From Priapulus caudatus (taxonomy: Eukaryota), in assembly GCF_000485595.1 (NCBI RefSeq), contig NW_014577083.1, positions 23,196-87,195 on the forward strand: a stretch of 64,000 nt of DNA. Direction: 5' to 3'. Under the pieces are notes generated by a model. That model searched no databases and was not told the origin of the DNA. It saw nothing but the letters and a program-made list of their open reading frames with translations. The translations under genes were made by a program, and so were the position numbers. Shown piece by piece: positions 12,105 to 25,822 of the stretch. Numbering within the stretch: position 1 is the stretch's first letter; each line of letters starts with the position of its first letter.

Positions 12105-15100
12105 TGTGTGTGTGCGTGCGTGCGTGCGTGCGTGTGATGTCGAATTTGGGGGTCAAGGGCCAAAGGTCAGGATGTGTCAGATGTGTTAATGGAGGGGAAA
12201 TATTTCTCCCTTAACTTAAGGTATAGGAGGAAATACGGAATTGCAGCACAAATGTCAACGGCTCAAGCTACGCTCTTAATATTCGAGTATAGTGTGATGG
12301 GGAGGAAACCCATCACCAGCGCGAAATTGAAGGTCACAGGTCAAAGGGCAGTGGGGGAAAGGTCAGATATCAGACATTTTCTGAGGACATAGTCTAACGG
12401 ACCGAGTGCAAAACTTTTTTGTTTCAGCACTGACCTACCATTTTTATCACTTTATTGAAAGGACCATGAAATCTACTTTCCGCTGACGTGTGAAGAGTGA
12501 GTGTCTGATAACCTTTTGACCCTCAAGAGGAGGGTTAAACATGGATTTGTTGACTGTTAACAAAGGACTGAACTGCTTTTGCTAGGCTCCTGGGTACTTA
12601 GTAGTACAGTAGTACTTCACCTAGTAATTATTGTAACATGTACTTGTAGGTAATAAAAGATTCGTAGGTGTGGATACCATTCGATCGATGCTCGCATTGG
12701 GGATCGTCGTAGTATAATATGCATATATATATTACCATATCGTTAGCCAGTGCCTGTAGAATCAACGAGGCTGTAACGAGTCGGAGCGACTCCGCGAAAT
12801 TCACTGTGAAATCCTTTTACGGAACACTTACACTTCAGCTTCCCACTGTTCACAGTTTAAGGCACTTCTGCACCATGTTGAAATCTTTAGTTTGATTGAG
12901 GGAGTGTATATGCAGAGATACAATAGCAGATAAGAAGTGACAATGAAACTAAACTGTTTAACTGGATTCTATTACGAATAGCGAAGACATGTTGTATATT
13001 GTTCCATATATATTCGGATCCTTCTACTGCTAGCCAGTCAACGCTACGCATGAGCGCCTATATATTGTTAACAATGTGAACAAAAACTCGTTTACAGCAA
13101 AGAAGCGCGCCTAGTAGCGAACAAAGAAATTGGGAGCATTTCTACGCCAGTTCTCTACCTAACTGGGTAGTTGCGTCCCTCGTGGCAATGGGCAGAACTG
13201 CCTATTCAGCGAAAAGCCGGCTTCAGCTATACCTAGGAGGAAGACCTGAGTAAGGGGGGGGTGAGGTTGGGGAAGAGGTCGCACGAAGTCTGCAAAGTGC
13301 GCCGGCTAGGCCCGGCGTTTGAGCGCCTTCGCGCGGATATCCGGCTGCCAGATCGTCCAGGTGCCAGGGCCAGGTGCCAGGTGTGTCGAGGGTGCGCGCA
13401 ACTGGCGGCGGCGTGTGGTTTACAGTTGAAACGCTTCAAGTGCCTGTGGTTACGACTTGCATTGTTTTATCATAGAGGCTTTTGAAAGAGAAGTGCCCAA
13501 CCATCTCGTACAATGCTGTAGAATACTTTTTCTTCTATTACACCATATTACTATTATGTCTCCAGGGGTTCTACGTTGGGGTTGTGCTGTCATATAAATG
13601 TCGTCGTTTAAAGCCGTTGTTTTTACATGCTTATTACTGATTACACTGATTTTGTAAATATTATATAGAGATTCACTATAGTTTTATTATGAGTATTATA
13701 TAGTTTTGAGAGGTTACAATATGCTCAAAACATCACGCATTAAAGACGCGTACGCAAGTGAGTAAACATTCTTTTTATAATTACAAATTCCCCACTCGCA
13801 TGCCTGTCTGTATACTATATATATCGCTTTTTTTATTCATGCTACATTCAGAATAGCCATTGTACCATTCCGAAAGCCTATGCCTTTCTGATTTCAGTTA
13901 GAAAAATTATTTTATTTGCACCATGGGCATGGTTGCCGCGCCAAGCATTCACTAGACAAATATCCATGACACAGACCCCACTCGCTGGCCTGTCTCTATC
14001 TATACTATATACCACAATTTCGTTAATTCATCCTACGTATCTGACAATGGTAATGCTTGACGTGGTGACTCAAACATGTTCGAGACGCCAGCAATCTCTA
14101 CATATTTCCAACCAGACAACCTAACACGCGCAAAACCTAATGTTTATCAAGAGGTTCTTTCAAATGAAAACTGCAACCATTTCGTAGCATGCTGTTATAA
14201 TAACTTTTTTCTCATTTTCAACCATTATTACGTATTATGTTCAGCACGGGTTTCTAAGTGGGTTCTTGCTGTTCATATAAATGTCCATACGTAACGAGTT
14301 TTCCCCATGCTTATTATCTTATTACCTGCTTTGTAAATATGATATTGTGTGCAATGTTATTATTGTTGATTTTTCCCAATGTTCCTATTGTGTCCAAATC
14401 GATTAGTAGTATGAATTAGTAAGCACGATTTTAGCCCAGCGCAGCGGTACCCCGGCAGCTACTAATAAATATAAGGAGGGACAACGAATAGAACAACTGA
14501 CAGGAGACAACCACAGGTTTTGAAACCAGATTAGATTATGTAACGGAAAATACTGGTGACTATAAACACGTAACATCTAGAGAACTAGAGGCCCGGCATT
14601 AATGAATCTCCTTTTCTCTAGATAACCCCGCCACGCTGTAGAATCGAGTGCCCTTGTGAAATACAAGAGAGGTAACCAAGATACACAGATACAAGTACAA
14701 GGGTGATACAATTGTATGACACACCTACGAATACTTCGTATTACTTTACTATTAGTATTATACAAGGTTACATTTTACAATAATTACTAGTAGTAGATAG
14801 TACTACTATTATACTAGCACTACTCGCCACTACTGACTATACTAGTACTATAGTTTACTACTTACTAGAGCTACTAGCTGGCAGAAATGGTATTGCTAGG
14901 CGTTAGAATACCCTATAGGCTTTATTGACGTAGTGACACAGCTGGTCGGGTTACTAGACTAAGTACTAGACCTAAGTTACTACTATAGTCTAGAGCTACT
15001 TGAAAAAGTTCAAACCGCCCCCCCATTTTGCCCGGGAAATAGCACTTGAGCAAAAAAGTGAACGATGAGGAGGGGCGGGACGGGGGGAAAGCCTATATGT

Positions 15101-18100
15101 ATATCTACTAGGGCTAGTACTACTACTAGCTGCCAAGAACGGGTCTTTGCTAGGGTAGAAGACCTGTGTAAAACACAATTTGATTGTGTAGATCCGAGTA
15201 AACAACCGAGCATTCCCACCATACGCATAGCGAGCGGCTGACGCGTTAAACAGAAAAAATAATCGCCAATGCTATGCATAATAGCCTCGTTACGCCAATC
15301 TATCGCAGCCTATCGTACTACCTGATGTACCTCATGTACGTTATGTGAAAAAATGTAACAGTGTTTTCACAGAACAAAGCGCCGCCGAATAGCCAAAAAT
15401 TTTGTACGAGAATTTCTAGCAAATGTCTAGCTACCTGGGTAGTGAAAGCTCCCTGCAATTGCGACAACTGCTGAACGGCACCGATAATAGGGCTTTCGCC
15501 TATAACCCAAAGGGGACCCTTGGAAAGGTGTGTGGAGTGGGGGCAGCGAAGTCTGTGGTTAGTTTGGGCCGCTACGCGGCGTTTTCGCGCGCTTCGCGCG
15601 CGGATATCCGGGCTGCAGAAATCGCCAGTGCGCCTCCCGCTGCCTATGTGAGCTTTGCTAAACCGGCTAGTACAGTAATAAAGATATAGCCTGCTGTAAC
15701 TTTAATGACCATCGCTATTATAAGTTATATGTATATGCGGCTAGAGCGAGCTGAGCATAGTGGTGGTGGTTGGGGAGGGTGGGGAGGGGAAGGGTGTCGG
15801 TAGGGGCTGGTGGAGGGGGCTCTATANNNNNNNNNNNNNNNNNNNNNNNNNNNNNNNNNNNNNNNNNNNNNNNNNNNNNNNNNNNNNNNNNNNNNNNNNN
15901 NNNNNNNNNNNNNNNNNNNNNNNNNNNNNNNNNNNNNNNNNNNNNNNNNNNNNNNNNNNNNNNNNNNNNNNNNNNNNNNNNNNNNNNNNNNNNNNNNNNN
16001 NNNNNNNNNNNNNNNNNNNNNNNNNNNNNNNNNNNNNNNNNNNNNNNNNNNNNNNNNNNNNNNNNNNNNNNNNNNNNNNNNNNNNNNNNNNNNNNNNNNN
16101 NNNNNNNNNNNNNNNNNNNNNNNNNNNNNNNNNNNNNNNNNNNNNNNNNNNNNNNNNNNNNNNNNNNNNNNNNNNNNNNNNNNNNNNNNNNNNNNNNNNN
16201 NNNNNNNNNNNNNNNNNNNNNNNNNNNNNNNNNNNNNNNNNNNNNNNNNNNNNNNNNNNNNNNNNNNNNNNNNNNNNNNNNNNNNNNNNNNNNNNNNNNN
16301 NNNNNNNNNNNNNNNNNNNNNNNNNNNNNNNNNNNNNNNNNNNNNNNNNNNNNNNNNNNNNNNNNNNNNNNNNNNNNNNNNNNNNNNNNNNNNNNNNNNN
16401 NNNNNNNNNNNNNNNNNNNNNNNNNNNNNNNNNNNNNNNNNNNNNNNNNNNNNNNNNNNNNNNNNNNNNNNNCACGTCACACGCACGCACACATACACAC
16501 GCACGCAACGCACGCACGCACGCACGCATGCACGCACGCACACACACGCACACATGAACGCATGCACGCACGCACGCACCCGCACTCTTACACTATAGCA
16601 AACGGTGTGGGTTACGATAAACAGAAGTTCCTTCCTACATATAAATTATATTGCCATTTTGAAGACATTAGCATGCAGAAAGAATGTAGACACGGTATTA
16701 ATTATACCCCTCGTAATATTACCAGAACTTTTTACACGCCAATCATTTTTTCCATACTATTAATACATTAACCGCTAAGAATTGCGGATGTTATTATACA
16801 AACAAGTGCCGCAGCGCTCAACTGGCGTAGTGTACTGTAGCCAGGTATTCTTCTGATAAACTCACTGGCAACCGAATCAGATGAGACGGGATACCAGAGA
16901 AGTGTTGCCGAAAGAGATGTTGATCCTATAACTGTGAGCGAGAATCTTGCGCGCAGTTCCGCGGCAAGGCGCACGCGACCGCGGCCAACGTCCTACGACA
17001 GTATGCAGCGCTGGCAGCTATGGCTCCGTGCTCCGAATCCATAGGTCGGCGCACGCGATCCATAGCTGCCAGCGAACAGTCCGCATTTTAGCGGGGGACA
17101 CAGGGGCAGACATTGGGACGTGGGAGGAATTCGCGACTTACATGGGGGTCGTACAGATGGGGGGGGGAGGCGAGAGCAAAGCTTTTGATTTCCCGTGGTT
17201 CATTTCGTGTGGTGTTAGGCGTTTTCACTATAAGTTCCAAATATAAAAAGTTCTAAACAAAGAAAAATCCGACCATTATTTAATGCAAAATTTGATCAAA
17301 TAGTCATAGGAAATAGTACGCGGATAGTGCGCCCAGTTACCTCTTTCAAATCATACGCTGTTTAAGAATTGCCATTCGCTGCATTTCCCTGGAGCTCCGC
17401 CCACTTTAAAAAGTGGTAGCATTGTGCAGTGGTATCGTGAGTGTACGAACGAGTTAGTATTTTGATTTTGGATTTTCGATGACAGCAGTAAGGCGAAAGT
17501 GCAACATTTCAATACAGTTACTTCATTAGCATTATATATAGTATGTAATCATTTCCTGCGAGGTTCTTTTTGTATATATAAACAATTAAGACATTATCTG
17601 CCATCTCTATCATCTATGTGACCTTGCCTTATATCATATGCACCCCTAGTCTGCCAAATGCAGACGTTATAACCTCCGCTTTGCTAATGTGAGGGTGCGG
17701 GTTTATCATCACCCCCCATTACTGCGATCTGTGTCGGTCGACTAATGCACCCCTACCCTACAATCTCCCACTGCCATTGTCATTGTCAGTATCAGGAAGT
17801 AGGTAGAGTAAATTGCTTGCTATATAAGCAGGGGTTGTCTGTATAGGGGTATTGTAACCCTAGCAATACCGTTTCTTGGAACATGGAACATGGAACATTT
17901 ATAATAAATGTAATAGGCTAGCTATCTAATATATATTTGAGTTCGTATGTATGTATCTTCCCTATAGGCGGCCAATCCGCCCAAGCGATCTGGATGCAAT
18001 TTTCACAGGGCCATCTCTTATACCCGGGAGATGTTCGTAGCTGAAAAAAACCTGCCAAACCGTCAAACTCACCGAAAAATCCCGTGAAAAACCCCTCAAT

Positions 18101-18513
18101 TCGGCAATCTTCACACATTGTCAGCACTGACTGTACAGTGCTGCCACACACAGAAAAAATCGATCACTCACTTCCATCAGCTGCTGGTATTGTGAAACCG
18201 AAACCGGTACAACAGAGCACAACCAGATGAGACGGGATACTAGAGAAGCGTGCCGAAAGGAGGTGTTGACCCGAAGTGCTGAGCGCAGATCTTGCGCGCA
18301 GTTCCACGGCAAGGCGCACGCGACCGCGGGAACGTCCTACGACAGTATGCAGCGTTGGAGCTATGGATCCATGCGCCCGAATGCTCTAGGCCGGCAGCAG
18401 CGCACCATCAGCTGCAGCGAACAGTCCACAATTTTAGTGGGGACACAGAGGGCACGACTTTGGGACGTGAACAGTTTCACTTGTTATAAAACATAATGTC
18501 TCTGTTTCCGTAA

Positions 18514-18860
18514 CCGAGCTGTGTCACGCGATCCCAGAACGACTGACGAAATTTTCGCGTTCGCGAACCTTGCCAGTAATGGAAATGGCTGCAAGGACAA
18601 AGGCTATATAGACTGGGACTCGCTCCACCTCGATTACCCATCGAGTGACTAAAGCTAAGCCGAGAGGTGGAAGCGAGTGCCAGTCTATGGGCTACAGGCG
18701 GCGCGCAGGCGGCGCAGTGCTTTCCAACTCGCCGTACGAGCCTCGACATTGGAACGTTGCAAAAACGGTGCAGTGTTGTGGCTGAAGCCATTTCCATTAC
18801 TGGGCAAGGTTCGCGAACGCGAGATTCGTCAGTCTTTGGTGTGATCGAGACACAGCTCGG
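18514..18860. mobile_element. foldback/MITE-like inverted repeat
   Basis: ~80-bp imperfect arms including cgcgttcgcgaaccttgccagtaatggaaatggct / agccatttccattactgggcaaggttcgcgaacgcg. Confidence 0.55.
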
Positions 18861-20008
18861 GGCGCGCGGGGGTTACTAGTGGACTACAGCGACATTATTT
18901 TCCTGGGGCTTGGCCGGTATACTTACACAGATCTGGGCGTGGCTGGAACGCGGGTGGGTGCAACGCGACTGTGCTTCAGGGAGAATACAAGATGGAGCTG
19001 TTGAAATGTGTATTCGTGCGGCTCTCGTTGAAAGTTTCAAATGAATGGTGAAGGCTGCGACGTGCGTGTGCGCGTGCGTGTGCGTGCGGTGTGTGTGCGT
19101 GTGTGTGCATGTGTGTATGCGTGTGTGGCCTTGGCCTTGGAACTTTTTATTACATTGATGCCTGCAGTGTGTATGGCTAATCGCCTGGATCTTAGAAGAG
19201 CAGATCTAAACCATATGTCTAAAAAAGCCTTTCCTGCATCATTAGTCATTCACTGCTCAATGATTAGAAATTGCTTGGGGATCTTATATAGTTTAATTGG
19301 TTACATGTATGATTAACTGAGTCTTTAGCTGGGAACAAGAGGTGGATCACCTCGCATAATCCAGTAGTAAAACAACGTTACGGCATACAACTTTTTTATC
19401 AACAGATATTTGCTACATATTTTTGGTACTGCCAAGTTAGTAAATGGTCCAATGTGTTATCATAGTCAAATTTGATAAACTCTTATTTCCTTTATTATTT
19501 CTTCTTTACTTATACCCTAACCCTAATTATACACTGTCTTTGATTACCATCTCAGCAAAGCTGCTTGCTGTTCAAAGCTGGTATATGCATATAAAGACAA
19601 ACAAGCTATGTAATGATGAACCCAAACCTAAACTGCTACACACAATTCAATTTACAGACCTACCTAGTAGATATAGGCATAGTGAATTATATTGGTGGCC
19701 ATTCAAGTGCATTAAAGTATAGATTATGTGTTACCTTATAGATCGTCCTCCTCTTTGCTAGATATGATTTTAATCGTAAATATACATAAATGTATGCACA
19801 CATGCACACACACCACGCACGCACGCACGCACGCACGCACGCACGAGCCTGCATACATGCTTGCCCATACATACACGCATTATGATATATATCTCATAAT
19901 GTTGGTAAATAGTTAAACCACATCAGTGGTGCTAAAGATGTATAAGAACTGAAAACAAAAGTATGCATGTGCTTGCACCAGTGGTTATTTTGAAACTTCT
20001 CCTTGCAG

Positions 20009-20168
20009 GCATTGATGTTGATGCAGCCAGAAATGAGGAACAAAATCTGATGCTGGCTGATGCGAGACAGTGGCTTAACCTGGGAGCAGTCACAGAGCGA
20101 GTACATCCCGTGACAAAGGCTACTGCACTCCATGTAGCTGCATCAAAGGGTTACATAAATGTCATGAT
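20009..20168 (+). CDS. PPP1R12A: MYPT exon 4 (ankyrin region)
   Basis: ttgcag|(G)IDVDAARNEEQNLMLADARQWLN...ATALHVAASKGYINVM|gtaagc; 160 nt, phase 1-2. Confidence 0.95.
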
Positions 20169-20508
20169 GTAAGCAAATAAAGAATATATATAGACTGGCT
20201 CCCCAGTTTCAAGTCGTTGTTGAATTGACATTATAGGGAGCAGCCACAGGGAAGTTAATATGAATTCAGTTTACCATTTTTATATCATGTACATATTATC
20301 AATTATTTTTTATTATTAAAACGTATGACCTTTGCTTATTTCAAGTAACAACAAGGCAAATGCTGCATATTTGCAGTATTGCAAGTAACAAAGCAAATGC
20401 TGCATATTTGCATAACACTGCGCTATCACCATTAGGTCGCAATCAAAACAAAATATATGCTCGCTCCTTAGGTCATTGCTAATACCTTATTGGTGAATCG
20501 TGTTCTAG

Positions 20509-20653
20509 CCTTCTACTGCAGGCAGGGGCTAACACAGAAGCGCAGGACTTGGAGGGCTGGACACCGCTGCATGCGGCCGTATACTGGGGCCAGCGAGATG
20601 CGTGTGAGGTGCTGGCCATGCACCGGTGCAGCATGCGTGCCAAGGACTTCATG
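20509..20653 (+). CDS. PPP1R12A: MYPT exon 5 (ankyrin repeat)
   Basis: ttctag|(I)LLLQAGANTEAQDLEGWTPLHAAVYWGQRDACEVLAMHRCSMRAKDFM|gtatcc; 145 nt, phase 2-0. Confidence 0.95.
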
Positions 20654-21054
20654 GTATCCCTTATTCCACATCTGTTAAATTTGGCATGTTGTTGTTGGAA
20701 TTGGTATGATACAGGAAATTTATTGGAATTAAATCTGATAATTTTGGCAGGAGCAGAAAGTGCAAGTCAGTTTCATAAAAAAAAGTTATATAAAAAATTA
20801 ATAGTATATAAAATATAAATATAGAGATTTGTTTAATAGTTGTTAATATGGTAACAACACTTTTGTTTGGTTTATTGCTAAAATTATTGATGTGAGCAAG
20901 TTTGAATGAAATCAAAAAGGTTTAACCATCAAAATAAGATACACAAATTGTTAATTTTAGATATTACTAATAATATCTGTAACAACGTACAAGTATTCGT
21001 AGGTCAATATAATTTCCTAGATGTTTCAGTTGTTTTTTTAATTTCTTCTTGTAG

Positions 21055-21129
21055 GGCCAAACGGCTTTTGACATAGCAGATTCGGATATTATCATGTTCC
21101 TTTTGCAATTGCAAAGCAAGCAATCGGCA
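21055..21129 (+). CDS. PPP1R12A: MYPT exon 6 (end of ankyrin region)
   Basis: ttgtag|GQTAFDIADSDIIMFLLQLQSKQSA|gtgagt; 75 nt, phase 0-0. Confidence 0.93.
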
Positions 21130-21430
21130 GTGAGTATTTTCGTAGTGTGCAGTGCATGTATGTTTATAAGCGGTATCCATCTGTTATCTGACAATCATCA
21201 CCCTTGAAACTTTTCATGTATGAGATGTATGTTCTTCGTGAAGTGAATTAGCAGCACTACCCTGGGGGCAATCTTTCATGTAGTGTATACTATATTTGAA
21301 TTGCAACAAAATCAACTTTTTATCTAAGGAGTTTTATTGAATTTTCGTTAAGATTTAGATGCTTGGATACATGTGCAGTTGAAACGTGTCCTGCTTGGTA
21401 TTAGATAGTACATAATTAATTTTGTTGCAG

Positions 21431-21492
21431 CTATCTCCGAAGCCTGAACAGGAACTAAAATTCCCCCGACAGATTCTGCCTGTGAAGAGAAG
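21431..21492 (+). CDS. PPP1R12A: MYPT exon 7
   Basis: ttgcag|LSPKPEQELKFPRQILPVKR(R)|gtaaaa; 62 nt, phase 0-2, fits both neighbours. Confidence 0.8.
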
Positions 21493-21904
21493 GTAAAATA
21501 ATAAAAAACCATATAAAAATATGCAAAAAATTATTATTTTACTCTATGGCTTTGTAAGTAACAAAACATTACTCACCACTTTCTAGCAGCAACCTAAAAT
21601 CGAATGTAACATACAGCAGTCCACTGTCAGTCTGATAGGAATTGTATGCAAACCATGTGTCTCCAGTAACCTAACTAGAGAACACTCGGCATGTAAAAAA
21701 TACTACAGATAATGGTCAATTAGTGATCACAAGTTTTCTAAAAAAGAGCTTTCCCTAGTATTAGGGTAAGGTCAGTAACATTTCTTGCTGACTTGCATCA
21801 GAGATTATTAATGACAAATGTTAATAATGAAATAATTAATGAAAATAATTATGAATGGGTTAATAATGAATAATGTCATTATTAACCACTGCTTCCATTG
21901 ATAG

Positions 21905-22053
21905 GACCTCGTTAACGAGAATGAGCGTTGTCGACAAGAGTCACGTGGCTGACAAGGAAAAACAGCAAGAGCGATCACTCCATAATCAGAAACTTGCGCA
22001 GCATGACTTGCATCCCATTCAGAATGGAGATGCACGGATTGCCTCCTGTCCAG
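21905..22053 (+). CDS. PPP1R12A: MYPT exon 8
   Basis: gatag|(R)TSLTRMSVVDKSHVADKEKQQERSLH...IASCP|gtaact; 149 nt, phase 2-1; forms a KRRTS basophilic kinase motif across the junction. Confidence 0.82.
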
Positions 22054-22477
22054 GTAACTTGTTCTTCCGGAGATGGTAACTGACGGAACATCCCAACATC
22101 CTATACTCGTGTGATCAGTAATGTGTTGTTTGAACTTTGATATGGAGTTGATTATTATTGAGTGGAAAGTAGTTTGGGTTTAATACGTTGGAAGATCAAG
22201 TATTGATGAGAAAGACAATGATATGGTTCAATTATAAAGCCGAATTTTAATTCATTAAAAATGCACAGGTAACGAGCTGGTGCTAGTTGGTGTCTAGGCA
22301 GCTAATACATTCATTAAATAAGTTCATTCGGTTTGTAGATAATAGATCTATCTTGGTTAATTTTTACTCAATCGTGTTTGTATAAAACGTACTGCTGACG
22401 TTTCGCCTCCTATCAGGAGGCTTTCTCAAAGCTGACTGAAGTTATCAGTGTGGACGAGTACTCCTGCAAGGAACATA

Positions 22478-23113
22478 AATAAAAACAAAATTGCATATGT
22501 TCTTGAGTGTATTTAATACCTTTATTATTAGCCTATCTTGCACTGAAATTGGTTTACAGCTATCTACTATCGTATTACTGTAAATTGTAATCAAACACTG
22601 TTGATCCAGAGGCTGCTGTCATGTTGTCACATCTATGTAGGCGTATTTAATTTGCGGAGCAATACAAGTGACAACTGCTCCAATCCTCCGCTCAGCAGTG
22701 ATGTGAGAAGCCTAGTGCCATAAACACGTAGTAGTCACATATGCATGTAACCAAAGGCCGTATGCACACAATCGCACTGTGTTGGCAGGCGAATACATGT
22801 CTTACAAGATCGTAGATGCATTGCAAACTAAGGAAATATGTACTTGATGATATTTCTTGCTCGTGAGATCAAAACATTGCAATCCCTGCTGAGTCAAATG
22901 AGGAGGATTGGAGCGGTTGTCGCTAGTGTCGTTAAATAAAATACGCCCACATAGACGTGACAACATGACGAAAAGCCTTCGAATCAACACCGTGTTTGAA
23001 TACAATTTCCAGCAATACGACAGTAAAGAGATAGACATCGATTTCGGTACAAGATAGGCGATTAATAAAGGTATGAAATAAGCTCAAGAACATATACATT
23101 TTTTGTTTTTATT
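22478..23113. mobile_element. foldback element with ~230-bp imperfect inverted arms
   Basis: several colinear blocks match in reverse complement, e.g. gtcatgttgtcacatctatgtaggcgtatt / aatacgcccacatagacgtgacaacatgac. Confidence 0.7.
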
Positions 23114-23219
23114 AATGCCAAAATTTGAAGTGGAACATCGGTAGTAACGTGGGAAAATGCGTGTCAAACTTCTTTGAGTATATGTATATATATATTTTTT
23201 TAATATCTCCTTGTTTCAG

Positions 23220-23284
23220 AACCAAACAATAATCGAATTACACCAGCCCTTCCCAGTCTGTCAGAAGAAAATCATGCCCACCAG
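23220..23284 (+). CDS. PPP1R12A: MYPT exon 9
   Basis: strong polypyrimidine tract, tttcag|(E)PNNNRITPALPSLSEENHAHQ|gtaatt; 65 nt, phase 1-0. Confidence 0.75.
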
Positions 23285-23559
23285 GTAATTTGGTCTCAAG
23301 TGTATTGATTAGCCATTTCTTTTTACAGCTGGATAATTTATTTTATATTCCTTAATCTTGATTCCTAAATATGTTTAGTGAACTTTGTTGACTTCTATCA
23401 ACGTAATATTGCAGCATTATCTGTTGCTATGCTGCATGAACCTCTAAATTTTTGTTGCATGTGATGCTAATAGATATTTGTTACCACTGCCACATTATTT
23501 TCTATCATGCTATTGACCTCAAACAGTCGAAACACTTAAAATTTCAAAAAACAATTTAA

Positions 23560-24165
23560 AGGGATAAACTACACCCTGGAATTTGATGGTATATTATGAT
23601 AGTAAGTGCATAAATAATAGTATATGCCCACAAATTTCTATGATCACACTTTCACATTTGCATAAAACAATAGTCAGTTTCGAAATCTTTATTTTTGACC
23701 AGCGACAAGACACCTCGCGATTGTGACCCTGAGGTCCACCCTGACGAAGTTGCGCTTATGCGAATTTATTTTGCACGTAACAGACCGAAGGCTAATCACA
23801 AAAGTGCAATGATATTTATACCTAACTGCAATTTAACCGAACAATTTTTATTTTAGGACAAATTCGTTCATATTATACGGAAATTAAGAGTTGTGTATAA
23901 GATATCGCAATCCTTCTCCTCTTAAATTAATAAATAAGAAACACCCTCGGTCTGTAACCTACAGCCGAAAAGCCGTGATGCACAACTTTGAAAGTGGATG
24001 CGCTGGTAGTGGCGCCACCGTCGTTGTAAGCAGTGGTATAGGCGTTAGTTTTAAAACATGAAAAAAAAATTCACAATTAATATTGAACAATTGAAATTTT
24101 TAAGTAGCGTAATTTTAACCTATTTTAACTGAAAATAGGTAAGGAACCAAGGGAGATGTGTCCCT
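23560..24165. mobile_element. non-autonomous DNA transposon with TTAA TSD (Kolobok-like)
   Basis: TTAA|agggata ... tgtccct|TTAA. Confidence 0.5.
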
Positions 24166-24279
24166 TTAAGGTTTTGTAATATTATTTCTGCTCATTACTG
24201 CCAGATGTCAGTATAGGTTAGTTCCTTGTCTGTTTCCTTACCGTCGATAAGAAGAGATGTTTGCTCTCCTTTTGTGCAG

Positions 24280-24507
24280 ACCATGCCTCGCATATCTGAA
24301 GTAACAGGCAGTACTTCCGACAAATCTGAATCATCGCGCAGGAGTGCGCCCGTGATCCCTGGTGATATGGCGAATTTGTTAAATCAGAGAGTACGCCAGG
24401 GAGTGCCTGGGCAGAGCTTCCCTGCAAACCCAGCAGTAGGCAGAGATAAGATAGATCAGGTACGTGCAGAAGTACAAACCCCATCGTGCCAAAATGATCC
24501 AGTCAAG
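24280..24507 (+). CDS. PPP1R12A: MYPT exon 10 (alternative in-frame donor at 24459)
   Basis: gtgcag|TMPRISEVTGSTSDKSESSRRSAP...QNDPVK|gtaaat; phase 0-0. Confidence 0.75.
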
Positions 24508-25313
24508 GTAAATCAGAATTATGCTGCATTGTGACTTGTGAGGCTATCTCACCCAATCCCATACATGTGTGTAATGAGAAATGTTACTTTCAGCTTGTAA
24601 CTAAGGGGTGTCATAGTGTAATATGGAATGTTCTATACTAACTCATTTCACACTTGGAAGTATAACTGTAGCAGAAGTACTCAATGCTCATTTATAAAAT
24701 CTGTAAAATCTTTTAAATTTTAATACAATACTGTGATATACTGTGCTCTTTGTTTGTAAATTTACGCAAGAATTGTAACTGCTATGTATTATTCAAATAC
24801 ATAAGTAGAAGCTCTTGTCGAAATAATCAATATTCCAGTTATTAGCTGGCCATTTAATTAGGCTGATGAAAGTAAGAATCCTTACTCTTTTTCTGTCTCG
24901 TGAACAATGGGTCCGGCAGTCAGTTGACCTGTTCTCAACTCACTGATTTTTTTGCCAGATCCACTGATTTTGACCATTGCTGTCAGTAATGGACGCTGAG
25001 TGCCTATTTGTTGAAAAAAGTAGTGTCGGACAATGTGTGTGGCGCGCAAGTAAAATCTGCTGGACCTGCCCAACAGTCCGACCGTTCCTACCAATTTTTG
25101 CATTCTCTGTATTTTGTCCTTTCCACTGCGTGTAGATGGCACTGTATATGTACCGCCTGTGCACAAATCACAGCTATAATGTGTAGATGGCACCATATAA
25201 CTTCAAACCGTTGACAAATCATTATTATAGTATGTATATAGTGTTGCGTACATTCCAGTAGTGTACATATCTTGTTTATAGACTGTATATGGCACTGTAT
25301 ATTGCACCCACAG

Positions 25314-25457
25314 CAGGAGCAGAAACTGGGCTGGAGAAGGACTGATGGTCCCGCCCCTGCTATCGTAGACACTCAGCCGGAAGTCAACAACAACCTCTGT
25401 ACTCCAACACAGTCTGTCGGATCAACCCTCAGCATTCCTGAAGAGACCTCTGAAGAG
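25314..25457 (+). CDS. PPP1R12A: MYPT exon 11 (NAGNAG acceptor; donor position uncertain)
   Basis: cacag|CAG GAG: QEQKLGWRRTDGPAPAIVDTQPEV...PEETSEE|gtacct; phase 0-0. Confidence 0.65.
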
Positions 25458-25736
25458 GTACCTATAGGTCATGTCGATTTTAATCACATACAGTCACCCC
25501 GTTTCGTATCCAGGTCATAACAGGCTGTTGCTGTGTGATTGTTGATGCTCGTGTTTTAGTTGTTGATATGTAAGTCTTGGGGAAACCACACTGAGCAAAT
25601 ATTGGATGCATTATTTTGTGTAGACTATATATGCTGAAACACCTGTTTGTACTGATGAGTGAGTTCCCAGTGTCATAGTGCAGATGTTTAGAGTCTTTAA
25701 GAATTGTATTTTATTGACAACTACTTTTTATTTTAG

Positions 25737-25822
25737 AGAGAACGTAGGCTAGGGCGCCCCACTCGCTCATTGTCATTAGATGTTAGTCCGCAGACATTAG
25801 GCAGTAAAGATGCCCTTATTGG
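25737..25822 (+). CDS. PPP1R12A: MYPT exon 12
   Basis: ttttag|RERRLGRPTRSLSLDVSPQTLGSKDALI(G)|gtaagt; only phase 0 is open; ends phase 2, matching exon 13. Confidence 0.72.
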
